64,000 nt of DNA. It comes from a bacterium (GTDB lineage: Bacteria; Zixibacteria; MSB-5A5; GN15; FEB-12). Where the stretch lies: assembly GCA_043811375.1 (NCBI GenBank), contig JBDRNJ010000039.1:79420-143419 (forward strand), in the 5' to 3' direction. Position numbers and translations under genes: made by a program. Shown here in pieces: positions 28,425 to 38,279 of this stretch (position 1 is its first letter; every line of letters begins with the position of its first letter). The notes beneath the pieces were generated by a model. That model made no database searches and was not told the DNA's origin. It saw only the letters and a list, made by a program, of their open reading frames with translations.

Positions 28425-29552
28425 TTACAGGGGCATTTCCACGATGCGGTAACGCTTATATAACCGGGCGCCTAATTGTTCGACGCCGCGACGCATCAGA
28501 TCGTTGGTTTCTAAAATCCACGACAACTCAGCCCAGGTGTAGCCCCTCTCGACACCGCGCTGATACGACCGTACATACAGCATTGAATCAATCCCCCGCT
28601 TGCGGAACTGAGGGAGTATACCCAGCATGATGATCCGGCAGCCGTCGACTTTGTTTTTGATCTTGGTGTGCCACAACAGCTTCGGCAGCCCCAGCGGGAA
28701 GAGCTTTCCGTTCAGGTGGATCAGTGCCTGATTGATATTGGGGACAGCCAGCAAGAAGGCCACCGGCTGGCCGTCATGCTCGGCGATCAGCACCAGCTCA
28801 GGGTCGACAATCTGCTTAAGCTGGCGCGCCATGTGGAAAAACTCCTCTTCCGACATCGGCACAAACCCCCAATTTTTTTCCCAGGCGCTGCGGTAAATGC
28901 CGTTGATATGGCGCACTTCATTGTCAAAATCGGACATTCTGATGCTGCGCAGGGTAATGTGGGTGCGTTGCTGCATGCGGTCGACCACGGTCTGGATGCG
29001 CCGGGGGATGGGAACATCGTCGGTGAGTTTGTAGGCCAGCAGGTCCATCGTTTTTTTCAGGCCAAAGCGTTCGGCCAGTTTGGGCAGATACGGTTCATTA
29101 AAGGGCATCATAACCACCGGCGGGGAATCGAAACCTTCCACCAGGATACCGCACTCGTGGTTGGTGGAGAAGTTCATCGGTCCGCGCATTTTCTCCATGC
29201 CTTCCTTTTTGAGCGTGATCATGGCTACTTTCAGAAGAAGAGCAGACAACTCTTCGTCGTTGGGGCAATCGAAAAAGCCAAAAAAGCCGGTTTGCTCGCT
29301 ATGGAATTCGTTGTGGCTGAAATTGACGCAGGTAGCGATACGGCCGACAATCTGCCCGTTGCGACGGGCCAGAAACAGCTTCACCCGTGCGGCGCGGTAG
29401 AAAGGATTCTTTTTAAAATCAAAAAACCCGGCGCGTTCGGATGTCAGCGGTGCTACATAGCAGGGATTGTCCCGGTAGAGTCGATTGGGAAAGGTCACGA
29501 ATGCCCTCAATTGCGACCGTGACTCTACTTCGATTATTTCTATGCCGGACAT
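28425..29552 (-). CDS. GNAT-fold acyltransferase, candidate bacterial ceramide synthase (bCerS/YghO-like)
   Basis: GRI, GFFGFF, GPMNFSTN, NWGFVP, FRKRGID, AELSWILETN; directly downstream of the spt-like gene. Confidence 0.75.
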   Translation of the reverse strand: MSGIEIIEVESRSQLRAFVTFPNRLYRDNPCYVAPLTSERAGFFDFKKNPFYRAARVKLFLARRNGQIVGRIATCVNFSHNEFHSEQTGFFGFFDCPNDEELSALLLKVAMITLKKEGMEKMRGPMNFSTNHECGILVEGFDSPPVVMMPFNEPYLPKLAERFGLKKTMDLLAYKLTDDVPIPRRIQTVVDRMQQRTHITLRSIRMSDFDNEVRHINGIYRSAWEKNWGFVPMSEEEFFHMARQLKQIVDPELVLIAEHDGQPVAFLLAVPNINQALIHLNGKLFPLGLPKLLWHTKIKNKVDGCRIIMLGILPQFRKRGIDSMLYVRSYQRGVERGYTWAELSWILETNDLMRRGVEQLGARLYKRYRIVEMPL

Positions 29553-29558
29553 ACTCTT

Positions 29559-30812
29559 CTATGAAATGAGTCCCTTTTCGCGGCCGACTCGAGCAACGAC
29601 TTCCACTACCCGGTCGAGCTGAGCGTCGGTTTGAGTGGCCGTGTAGGAAGTACGGATCATCGCCTGGCCCGGTGGTACCGCCGGTGAAATGACCGGATTG
29701 GTGAAGACGCCGTTGTCGAACAGGGCTTTCCAGAAGGCGAAGGCATCCATGTCGCCGCCGATCACTATCGGGACAATGGGCGTCTCGGTGTTGCCGATAT
29801 TAAAACCGAGTTTTTTGAATTCTCTCCGAATGCGACTACCATTCTTCAACACCTGCTCGCGTCGTTCCGGTTCGGACTCGATGATGTCCAGAGCCGCCAG
29901 CACGGCGGCGGCGTTGGCCGGTGGAATGGAAGCGGAGAAAATCAGTGCCCGAGCCTTGTGCTTGATATATTCGATAACGTCCTTTTCTCCGGCAATCACC
30001 CCCCCCAGCGACGCGAACGATTTGGAGAAAGTCCCCATCTGCAGGTCAATCTTGTCCAGCAGCCCAAAGTGCTCGGCGGTCCCGGCGCCGGTCTCGCCCA
30101 GGACACCGATGGCGTGGGCATCGTCTACAAGTACCCGGGCGCCGTGTTCCTGTGCTATTTCGACCAGGCGGGGCAGGTTGACTATATCGCCCTCCATGGA
30201 AAACACGCCGTCAACTGCTATCAGCACGCCGCCCCGGCTGTTAATCTTGCGGACATTGGTTATTACTCGCTGAAGGTCATCCATGTCATTATGCGCGAAC
30301 TTGTAGACCTTGCCATAGGACAGACGGGCGCCGTCGACAATACAGGCATGAACCTGGCGGTCGATAATGACGGTATCACCTTTTCCTACCAATGTCGAGA
30401 TAGCTCCTAAGTTAGTCTGAAAGCCGGTCGAGAACACCAGCGCCGCTTCTCGTTGGAGAAATGCCGCCAGCCGATGTTCGAGTTCCAGGTGCATATCCAG
30501 GGTGCCGTTAAGAAAGCGGGATCCGGTGCAACCGGAACCGAATTTCAAAGCGGCGTTGGCTGCCGCTTCTTTCACCCGCGGATCATTGACCAGCCCCAGG
30601 TAGTTATTGGAACCGGCCATGATGACCTGCTTGCCGTCGATAACTACCTCATCACCGGGTGGTGATTGCAGCGGGTGGAAGTAGGGATAAATGCCCATCT
30701 CCCTTACCTTTTGCGGCTCGTCGTATTCAAAACACCGCTGGAAAAGATCGGAAAAGACGGACTCTGTCTTGTTTTCAGTCCGCAAGCACGGCTCCTTGGA
30801 TGGGGTCAGCAA
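29559..30812 (-). CDS. PLP-dependent alpha-oxoamine synthase, probable serine palmitoyltransferase
   Basis: GIYPYF, GSNNYLGL, GSRFLNGT, DGVFSMEGD, DDAH, GTFSKS, FSAS; start uncertain. Confidence 0.82.
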   Translation of the reverse strand: MLTPSKEPCLRTENKTESVFSDLFQRCFEYDEPQKVREMGIYPYFHPLQSPPGDEVVIDGKQVIMAGSNNYLGLVNDPRVKEAAANAALKFGSGCTGSRFLNGTLDMHLELEHRLAAFLQREAALVFSTGFQTNLGAISTLVGKGDTVIIDRQVHACIVDGARLSYGKVYKFAHNDMDDLQRVITNVRKINSRGGVLIAVDGVFSMEGDIVNLPRLVEIAQEHGARVLVDDAHAIGVLGETGAGTAEHFGLLDKIDLQMGTFSKSFASLGGVIAGEKDVIEYIKHKARALIFSASIPPANAAAVLAALDIIESEPERREQVLKNGSRIRREFKKLGFNIGNTETPIVPIVIGGDMDAFAFWKALFDNGVFTNPVISPAVPPGQAMIRTSYTATQTDAQLDRVVEVVARVGREKGLIS

Positions 30813-30916
30813 CTACTTGATCGCATCTGCAGATAAAACCATTTTGGATACGGTTTGTCAAGATAATAGCGGGTCTTGGTGGTCTCGGCTCCGGCTTCGA
30901 TAGAGTGGTTTTTTCC

Positions 30917-30945
30917 TTGACTAAGCAGACCTAATTTGTTAACTT
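30917..30945 (+). promoter_or_regulatory. Candidate sigma70 promoter of the large surface-protein gene
   Basis: TTGACT, 17 bp, TAACTT with an extended TG. Confidence 0.5.
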
Positions 30946-31205
30946 TATTATTATGATCAAGGTACCTGCCGCTGGCCAGGTACCGATCACTGCGAGTTTG
31001 TGTTCTCGTTCTTTACTGGCATAAGGCAGTTATCTAGAAGTAAGGGTATCTAAAATCGTATCTGAGATCAAGAACAAAGTCAGGAAACGAACGAAGAAAA
31101 TGAGAAGGAGGTGCTTATCGCATTAGGTAATCCATTATGATCACGGGTCGCTACGAGTGACCCATAACTTCAAGAGTAACTAATTTCGTTGGGAGAGGTA
31201 AACCA

Positions 31206-34200
31206 ATGGGTAAATTGAAAAAACGGATTCCAACTATGGTGTTGGCATTGTCAGCCTTGATACTTTTTGTGGTGGCTCTCAGTTTTGCCACTACTGAGGA
31301 TCAAAAAGAGGATTATGTGCAGCAGCAAAATGCTGTACGTTCGACTTCACCGGCTGGATCGCTTGATCCCGATGTTGCCGCCAAGCTTGCCATGGAAGCT
31401 GAGATTCAGGCAAAGATTGAGGCTGAACAAGAAAGCGGCGGGGAAGATCCCCCCCCGGTGAAAGCCGCCTATTCGACAAAAGACAATAAAATCGGTATCA
31501 GCAGTATCGCGGGACACCCTGTCCTTAAGCGCGACCCCGGGAGTGTCCTGCTGACTGAAGATTTCGAGCTCGAAACCTTCCCGCCGGCAAGTTGGGATAC
31601 GACCAACACCGATCCCGGCTACGGCTTTTTCCGTGGCTCCTGGACTGGCGGAGGTACCTACGCGGCTATGGTCACCTGGCACGCTTCCGGCTACCAGCAA
31701 GACGAGTGGCTGCTTTCGCCGTCGATTAACGTTTCAGCGGCCAGCTCCGATCTGAAGCTTGAATTCTGGATGCTAAAAGGGTATTCCTGGCCCCACGACT
31801 TCAAAGTCTATGTGGACGACGGCTCAGGTATGACCGAGATATGGGATTCCTATGATGTCGCGTACCCTGATTTTGCGTGGTACGCAGTAGCTATTGACCT
31901 GAGCAGCTACGCCGGAGGTTCCGATATCAAACTCGGTTTCCAGTATTATGGCGAGGATGCCGACCTGTTTGGCCTCGATGATATCAATGTCAACGATGAT
32001 GCTCCGCAAGTCGGTCGCTGCTGTTACGGCGATCCCGGGGCTCCCGACTGTGCTGATAACTTACAAACCGAGTGTGACGCCCTCAGCGGTACCTGGACTG
32101 CCGGTCTTAACTGCACTGATCCTTGTCCGGTTGCCGGCGCCAACGATGATTGTAACTCCGTTACTCCGGATGCGCTGCCGGCTACCTGGGTCGGCAATAA
32201 CGAGGGCGCTACCTTCGATACGTATTGCCAGTGGTTCGGCGATTACCCGAATGTCTGGCATGCGTTTACTATTACTGAGTGTATGGACATTACCATTGAC
32301 TACTGTGGCACAGCAGCCGGCTGGGGCAATGGCTGGCTGAACCTGGTAACGGACTGCGATTGCCCGGACGGCACGCTCCTGAGCTATTCAGGTTATGACT
32401 TTAACTGCGCCAACGGTAATCCACAGATTTACTTCAGTGGTCTGGAGGCCGGTACTTACTACTACCCGGTTATGCTTGATCCGGGCAATGGCGCCGTAGG
32501 TGACTATGAACTCTACGTCTACGGCGTTCCATGCCCGCCGGCGCCTGAAAATGACGACTGCGCCAGCGCTGAAGAGATCGGTGATGTCACCGACCAACCC
32601 TTCTCCACCACGACGGCAACCAATGACGGCGCTGGTTACACCACCGGTCCGAACCTCTGGTACTGTTACACCGCCACCTGTACCGGCGACGCTACCGTCA
32701 GCCTGTGTGGTTCCAGCTATGACACGAAAGTAGCGGCCTATGACGGTTGTTCCTGTGATCCGCTGGGAACCCTGCTCGCTTCTAACGACGACTTCTGCAG
32801 CATGCAGTCGGAGATTACGTTCAGCGTTACTGAGGGTAATCAATACCTCATCGAAGTCGGTGGCTATGGTTCTGCTTCCGGCGATGGTCTGTTGTCTATT
32901 TCGTGTGAAGTGACCGGACCCGCTGAACCGGGTGACAACTGCAGCGACCCCATCAAGGTTGAGATCCCGTCGTTGCCATGGTGTGATAATGGTCAGACTA
33001 CCTGCGGCCGCGGCAACAGTTATGAAGATCCGAGTGATGCCATCTGTATGGGCTACTATACCAACGGTGAAGACATCTTCTACGAGATCGTTGTAACAAC
33101 GGCGGTGACGGTGAACTTCCACCTGGATCCGAAGGGTACTTCGTACTCCGGTATGGGCTTGTTCACCTCTTGTCCGCCGACTTTAACCAACTGCATCGAC
33201 CATGTGACCAGTTCGTCGAGCTCGCCGAAGTCGATGACCTGCGTCAGTCTCGACCCCGGCACTTACTACCTGATGATCGATACCTGGTCGACCCCTTTCT
33301 GTATCCCAGATTTCGATCTGTGTATTGTCGATACCACCTGCGAGTCTCTTGGGAACGATGACTGCGCTGACGCCACTGAGATTGGCGAGGTCGTTGACCT
33401 GGCCTTCTCGACCAGCTCGGCAACTAACGATGGTGGCGGCAGCTGCCAGTATGCACCGAACATCTGGTACTGCTACACTGCGACCCAGACCGGCAACGCC
33501 GTTATCAGCCTGTGCGGTTCCGGCTACGACACCAGGATGGCTGTCTACGACGGCTGCACCTGTGGTCCGCTGGGAACCGAACTGGGTTGCAATGACGATG
33601 CCTGCGGCTTGCAGTCTGAGGTTACAATTCCGGTCGTGACCGGCAATTCTTACCTGGTCGAGGTTGGTGGTTACAGCAGTAACACCGGCGACGGTATCCT
33701 CAACATTTCGGTTGAGCAACCGTGTGACATCGTCTGCAGCGGTACGGCAGAGGGCGAGCCATGTATTGGTAACGATGAAGAAGATGTCACCAATGGTGGC
33801 TGCAATTCCGATCCACCGGTGTTTGGCTCGATTGCCTGCGACGAGACGGTCTGTGGCCAGTGGAACACATACCTGTATGCAAGTTCCAATTACCGCGACA
33901 CCGACTGGTACAAGTTTACGCTGACACAGTTCTCCGACGTGACTATCACTGCTGTGGGTGAATTCCCGATCGTAACCGGATTCCTCGAGCAAGTAGTTCC
34001 TGGTGGTGGTTGGGACTGCACTAATTTCACCGGCTACATCAGCCCGTACTTAACGGCTGATGAATGTGATACGATTGTTGTACAGCAACTTGCAATGGCT
34101 CCCGGTGACTACGCAATCTTTGTCGGCGGTCAGGTGTACACCGGCTTTGGCTGCGCACAGGGTACCTTTGAATACTCCATCTCGGTCGAGTGCGTACCGG

Positions 34201-35192
34201 CAGTACCGACCTACTGTGCCGGCAGCGGCGGCTGTGATGAGTACATTGAAAACGTCACTTTCGAGACCATCAACAACACCACCGGTTGTGACATGTACGG
34301 TAACTATACCGCGCTGTCCGCGACGGTAGAAGCCGGTAACAGTTACCCGATCACAATCACGGTCGGTGGCGGTTACAGTTCCGACACCAGTAACGTCTAT
34401 GTTGACTGGAACCAGGATCTGGACTTTGATGATCCCGGTGAGGTAGCCAGCTTGAATCCGGGTGCGGGCTATGGACCGTATTCCGGCAGTGTTACCGTGC
34501 CGGGTGATGCGCTTCCCGGCGATACCCGGATGCGTGTCCGGTTGTCCTGGAATACCGACCCGGTACCATGCGGCACGCAGTCCTACGGTGAGGTCGAGGA
34601 CTACACTGTTACGGTCGGCGGCGAACCGGCAATCACCTACCTGTTCGAGCCGGATCCCGTTTTGGTGGCGCAGAAGTTCATAATCGTTCCGATGTCCGGT
34701 TTCATCTACCTGAGCGGCGATGCTGTTGGTGGTGATGTCAATGATATGACCAACATCTCGTTGGAAGTCGGTGGCTGTGCTGTCGCGATAGCGGCGACTG
34801 AAATCATCCCCGGCGGCTATGGTGAACTGACGGGTGATGTCATGAAATTGACGTTCGGCATCAAAGAGTACATTGTGTGCGAGGAGGGCGGCGCCCTGAT
34901 CTGGAATGAGATCGAATCCTTCTTCGATGTCAACTACGATCTCAGCAGCGTGCCAGGTCAGATGACCGGTCAGGTAACCATGATCGGCCACACCTCCGGC
35001 GACCTCGACCTGAGCGGTGCGGTCGACGTGGGCGATCTGACCTTCATGGTGGCCTGGTTGTTCACTGGCGGCGATGCACCTCTGGTTCCTGAGGTGGGCG
35101 ATGTTGACGCCAATGGGGGCACCGATGTTGGTGATTTGACCTACCTGGTCGGTTACCTGTTCACCGGTGGTTCGGCTCCAACGCATAAGTAA
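31206..35192 (+). CDS. Large secreted Cys-rich multidomain protein: cleaved-adhesin-like domain, repeated NDDC beta-sandwich modules, GEVED domain, C-terminal dockerin-like domain
   Basis: Signal peptide; EDFE..FP...DEWLLSP...GLDDI; duplicated ~120-aa module; YGEVEDY; two Ca-loop repeats GDLDLSGAVDVGDL / GDVDANGGTDVGDL. Confidence 0.85.
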   Translation: MGKLKKRIPTMVLALSALILFVVALSFATTEDQKEDYVQQQNAVRSTSPAGSLDPDVAAKLAMEAEIQAKIEAEQESGGEDPPPVKAAYSTKDNKIGISSIAGHPVLKRDPGSVLLTEDFELETFPPASWDTTNTDPGYGFFRGSWTGGGTYAAMVTWHASGYQQDEWLLSPSINVSAASSDLKLEFWMLKGYSWPHDFKVYVDDGSGMTEIWDSYDVAYPDFAWYAVAIDLSSYAGGSDIKLGFQYYGEDADLFGLDDINVNDDAPQVGRCCYGDPGAPDCADNLQTECDALSGTWTAGLNCTDPCPVAGANDDCNSVTPDALPATWVGNNEGATFDTYCQWFGDYPNVWHAFTITECMDITIDYCGTAAGWGNGWLNLVTDCDCPDGTLLSYSGYDFNCANGNPQIYFSGLEAGTYYYPVMLDPGNGAVGDYELYVYGVPCPPAPENDDCASAEEIGDVTDQPFSTTTATNDGAGYTTGPNLWYCYTATCTGDATVSLCGSSYDTKVAAYDGCSCDPLGTLLASNDDFCSMQSEITFSVTEGNQYLIEVGGYGSASGDGLLSISCEVTGPAEPGDNCSDPIKVEIPSLPWCDNGQTTCGRGNSYEDPSDAICMGYYTNGEDIFYEIVVTTAVTVNFHLDPKGTSYSGMGLFTSCPPTLTNCIDHVTSSSSSPKSMTCVSLDPGTYYLMIDTWSTPFCIPDFDLCIVDTTCESLGNDDCADATEIGEVVDLAFSTSSATNDGGGSCQYAPNIWYCYTATQTGNAVISLCGSGYDTRMAVYDGCTCGPLGTELGCNDDACGLQSEVTIPVVTGNSYLVEVGGYSSNTGDGILNISVEQPCDIVCSGTAEGEPCIGNDEEDVTNGGCNSDPPVFGSIACDETVCGQWNTYLYASSNYRDTDWYKFTLTQFSDVTITAVGEFPIVTGFLEQVVPGGGWDCTNFTGYISPYLTADECDTIVVQQLAMAPGDYAIFVGGQVYTGFGCAQGTFEYSISVECVPAVPTYCAGSGGCDEYIENVTFETINNTTGCDMYGNYTALSATVEAGNSYPITITVGGGYSSDTSNVYVDWNQDLDFDDPGEVASLNPGAGYGPYSGSVTVPGDALPGDTRMRVRLSWNTDPVPCGTQSYGEVEDYTVTVGGEPAITYLFEPDPVLVAQKFIIVPMSGFIYLSGDAVGGDVNDMTNISLEVGGCAVAIAATEIIPGGYGELTGDVMKLTFGIKEYIVCEEGGALIWNEIESFFDVNYDLSSVPGQMTGQVTMIGHTSGDLDLSGAVDVGDLTFMVAWLFTGGDAPLVPEVGDVDANGGTDVGDLTYLVGYLFTGGSAPTHK

Positions 35193-35214
35193 TCGACAAC
35201 GCTTCCGAACAAAC

Positions 35215-35248
35215 AACCCGCCGGTCATTAGATCGGCGGGTTTTCTTA
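35215..35248 (+). terminator. Rho-independent terminator
   Basis: AACCCGCCGGTC-ATTA-GATCGGCGGGTT then TTCTT; lies between convergent genes. Confidence 0.75.
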
Positions 35249-35288
35249 TGGGTTTGCAGGCGCCGGTATAACGGTTGCTCTGTTTAGA

Positions 35289-36137
35289 CTACGACTGATA
35301 CGGGTGCAATAGACGTCTGATCAACGCCGAAGCCAGATATGTGATGCTGGCCAGTATGATCACGGTCGCCCCGGGCGGAAGATTGTAACTGTAGCTAAGA
35401 CCCAGGCCGACAGTGGTAAAGGCGGCACAGAGCCCGGTTGCCAGCAGCATTGTTCGTCTCATGGTACGGCAGAAATGTCCGGCCACAGCAGCCGGAATAG
35501 TCAGCAGTGCGATCACCATTACGATCCCCACTACCGTTACCAGAATGACCACCGTCAGCGCCGTTATGGTAAGCAGCAGCAAATAAAACAGCCCGACCCT
35601 GATGCCGCGCACCTGCGCGAATTCCTCATCAAAGCTGACGGCCACCAGTTGACGGTAAAACAGCAACCCTACCGCAAGAACCAGCAGGTCCAGACCCACT
35701 ATGAGCCAGAGGTCGCCGGTGGTAACCAGCAGGATATTACCGAACAGGTAGCTCATCAAATCCTGGTTATAACCGGGAGTGGCGGCGATGAAGATAATAC
35801 CGACGGCCATGCCCACGGCCCAGAGGGTGCCGATTACCGTGTCTTCTCTCTCGTGAGCCCGTCGGTTTACCAGCGTCATGGCAACCGCTGCCAGCAGTGC
35901 CGCCGCTACCGCTCCGTGAGTCGGATGCAGACCGGTCATGCCGTGCACGTGCGCCAGGTAGTACGCCAGGCCCATGCCGCCCAGGACACTGTGAGCGATA
36001 CCTCCCACCAGGTAGGTGATCCGACGGGTGACGACATAGGTACCGACCACGCCGCAGGCTACACTGGCCAGCAACCCGGTCAGCACGGCGTTGAGCATAA
36101 AGCCGTGGTGAGCCAGGGCGTAAAAAAACTCGATCAC
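35289..36137 (-). CDS. znuB: Zn/Mn ABC transporter permease
   Basis: IAHSVLGG, YLFGNIL, SFDEEFA, VGIVMVIALLTIP. Confidence 0.9.
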   Translation of the reverse strand: MIEFFYALAHHGFMLNAVLTGLLASVACGVVGTYVVTRRITYLVGGIAHSVLGGMGLAYYLAHVHGMTGLHPTHGAVAAALLAAVAMTLVNRRAHEREDTVIGTLWAVGMAVGIIFIAATPGYNQDLMSYLFGNILLVTTGDLWLIVGLDLLVLAVGLLFYRQLVAVSFDEEFAQVRGIRVGLFYLLLLTITALTVVILVTVVGIVMVIALLTIPAAVAGHFCRTMRRTMLLATGLCAAFTTVGLGLSYSYNLPPGATVIILASITYLASALIRRLLHPYQS

Positions 36138-36889
36138 CGGTTCTCCTCGTGGGAGTTGTGCCGGTCGTGCCGTACCAGTCGAACCTGGCGACCATACAAC
36201 TCAGCCATGATATCTTCTTCCATGGCGCTGGTGGGGTGAACGGCGACCGATCGATTGACACAAACCACCCGCTTTACGAACTGGGAGACAAAAGCCGGGT
36301 CGTGCGATACCATAACGATGGTCAGACGTTGGTTAAGCCGACGCAGCAGTTCAAACAGTTCCTGTTCAACGGCCAGGTCCAGGTTGGCCGTCGGCTCGTC
36401 CAGCAACAATATTTCCGGCTCGGCCACCAGCGCCCGGGCTATCAGCAGTCGTCGCTGTTGCCCGCCCGAGAGGCTGGAAAACACCTGATGTCGCTGTTCC
36501 CACAGGTCAACTTCGTGTAGTACTCGATCGACGATTTCGCGGTCGCGGCGTCGTTGCGCTCCCCAGCGGGGCAGGTTGCCCAGGCGGCCCATGAGGACGA
36601 TGTCCGACACATCGGCGGGAAACTGCTGATCCAGCCGTATCTGCTGCGGCATGTATCCCAGGCGGGGGCGCACCCGCCGGGGAGACTGCCCCAGTACCCG
36701 TACCGTACCGCGACTCGGCCTGACCAGTCCCAGGATAAGTTTCAACAGCGTTGTCTTGCCGCCGCCGTTGGGCCCCACCACCCAGACAAACTCCCGTTCG
36801 GATATGGTCAGGTTAACGTCCGTCAGCACCGGTGAACTGTCATAACCGAAATCAACACCGCTTAAGGCTATCACCGGCCGGTCTTTCAC
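36134..36889 (-). CDS. znuC: Zn/Mn ABC transporter ATP-binding protein
   Basis: GPNGGGKTT, LSGGQ, LLLDEP, VSHD; His-rich tail. Confidence 0.92.
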   Translation of the reverse strand: MKDRPVIALSGVDFGYDSSPVLTDVNLTISEREFVWVVGPNGGGKTTLLKLILGLVRPSRGTVRVLGQSPRRVRPRLGYMPQQIRLDQQFPADVSDIVLMGRLGNLPRWGAQRRRDREIVDRVLHEVDLWEQRHQVFSSLSGGQQRRLLIARALVAEPEILLLDEPTANLDLAVEQELFELLRRLNQRLTIVMVSHDPAFVSQFVKRVVCVNRSVAVHPTSAMEEDIMAELYGRQVRLVRHDRHNSHEENR

Positions 36890-36959
36890 CGTTTCCGTCC
36901 TTTCGTTTCGTTATCGTTTGATTCCACCCGGTGTGAATTGCAACGACATTGATGCCAAC

Positions 36960-37850
36960 TTACCCGGCACGTCCGGTCAACCCTTGTGATATTTTGTGTG
37001 CCATATCCCGCAGGTTGTTCAGGTAGTCTTGCGCCAGAGGGTCCAGCAATACCACCTGGCCACCGATGGCGGTTGCGATCGCTTCTGCCCCTGAGGACGA
37101 AAACTGGGCCTGCACGAAAATGATTTTGACGCTGTCCTGCCGGGCTTGTTCCACCAAAGCCGTCAATTGTCGACCGCCGGGCTCCTTGCCGGCTTGCTCA
37201 ACCGCCACCTGTTGCAAACCGTATGCGTCGGCAAAATATCCGTAAGAAGGATGAAAAACATAAAACCTGCTGTCTCGCCACGGCGCCAACAATCGGGCTA
37301 TCTCGGCATCGATGCTGTCCAGATCAGCTTCGAAAGCAGCCAGGTTCCCACGATATATCAGGGCATGGGCCGAATCGAGTCGGCACAGTTGATCGCAAAT
37401 GGTAGCCGCCTGAATCTTGACCAGTTGCGGGTCTAACCAGATATGGGGATCGGTACCATGGTGATGATGATCGTGGTGATCGTCAGCCATGACACGAAGT
37501 TCGATACCGCGCCGGGTGTCGATCACCGGCAAATCGGGGAAACCCGCAATGATTTTATCCACTAAGCGTTGTTCGAAAGGAACACCGATACGGAAATAGG
37601 TGTCGGCCTGCGAAAGTCGAGCCACCTTCCGGGGAGTAAGGTCCAGTGTCGCCGGCGATTGACCCGGCCCGACCAGTACCTCGACATCCACCAGGTCTCC
37701 GCCCACACGTTCGACAAAATATACCTGCGGCAGGATGCTTACAAACAGGTTGAGCCGGGCGCCCTTTTCCCGACTCTCCTCAGCCTCAGTTATCAGCCCC
37801 GCTGACGATAGAGCCAGCAGCAATACCAGGTACCATCGCCTTCGTGTCAT
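36960..37850 (-). CDS. znuA: Zn ABC transporter substrate-binding protein
   Basis: VSILP, His loop DDHHDHHHHG, DPHIWLDP, VFHPSYGYF; GAGGAG RBS. Confidence 0.9.
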   Translation of the reverse strand: MTRRRWYLVLLLALSSAGLITEAEESREKGARLNLFVSILPQVYFVERVGGDLVDVEVLVGPGQSPATLDLTPRKVARLSQADTYFRIGVPFEQRLVDKIIAGFPDLPVIDTRRGIELRVMADDHHDHHHHGTDPHIWLDPQLVKIQAATICDQLCRLDSAHALIYRGNLAAFEADLDSIDAEIARLLAPWRDSRFYVFHPSYGYFADAYGLQQVAVEQAGKEPGGRQLTALVEQARQDSVKIIFVQAQFSSSGAEAIATAIGGQVVLLDPLAQDYLNNLRDMAHKISQGLTGRAG

Positions 37851-37896
37851 AAATCGATAGCTCCTCGGCTGTAATGGATAGCGACCACCAGCCATC

Positions 37897-38175
37897 TTAT
37901 GGGTGCCTTCCCCTGCCTGCCGGTTTCTTGGTGCAAACCAGGTGAAACTCATGGCAGCCCCGACACTCCTGCAATGAATGATCCCGGGCAAAACGGTCCC
38001 AGTGACGCATCTGGTTAATGGTCAATGTCCCGTTACCGCGACATAAAGGGCAAACATTCTCCAGAGCCGCGAATACCGCCTGTCGTATGAAACGCGAGCG
38101 GTTCTCTATCCCCTTAAACGCTGCCAGCAGCGATTCATCTGCCTTGAAAGTAATGATCTCAGATTTTTTGCTCAT
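37897..38175 (-). CDS. Ribbon-helix-helix (CopG-like) regulator with Cys/His-rich metal-binding C-terminus
   Basis: IITFKAD beta-strand, NRSRFIRQAV helix, CPLC...H...H...CRGCH..H..C; first gene of the znu operon. Confidence 0.75.
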   Translation of the reverse strand: MSKKSEIITFKADESLLAAFKGIENRSRFIRQAVFAALENVCPLCRGNGTLTINQMRHWDRFARDHSLQECRGCHEFHLVCTKKPAGRGRHP

Positions 38176-38251
38176 ACGAAGCCAACCCGGATTTCATTTG
38201 ATCCCGTCCCGGTAGTACGCTGATGGATCCTCAACTCACATCCCGAGGTCA

Positions 38252-38279
38252 AGTAATACGTTGTATTACTGATTGTCAA
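38252..38279 (-). promoter_or_regulatory. Perfect palindromic operator next to a -35 TTGACA upstream of the regulator-znu operon
   Basis: AGTAATAC-GTT-GTATTACT (38252-38270); minus-strand TTGACA at 38279-38274. Confidence 0.65.

Noticed and set aside
29559..30812. bioF or kbl
   Set aside because: No bio or tdh genes nearby; motifs and the GNAT neighbour fit Spt better, though not excluded without a phylogeny
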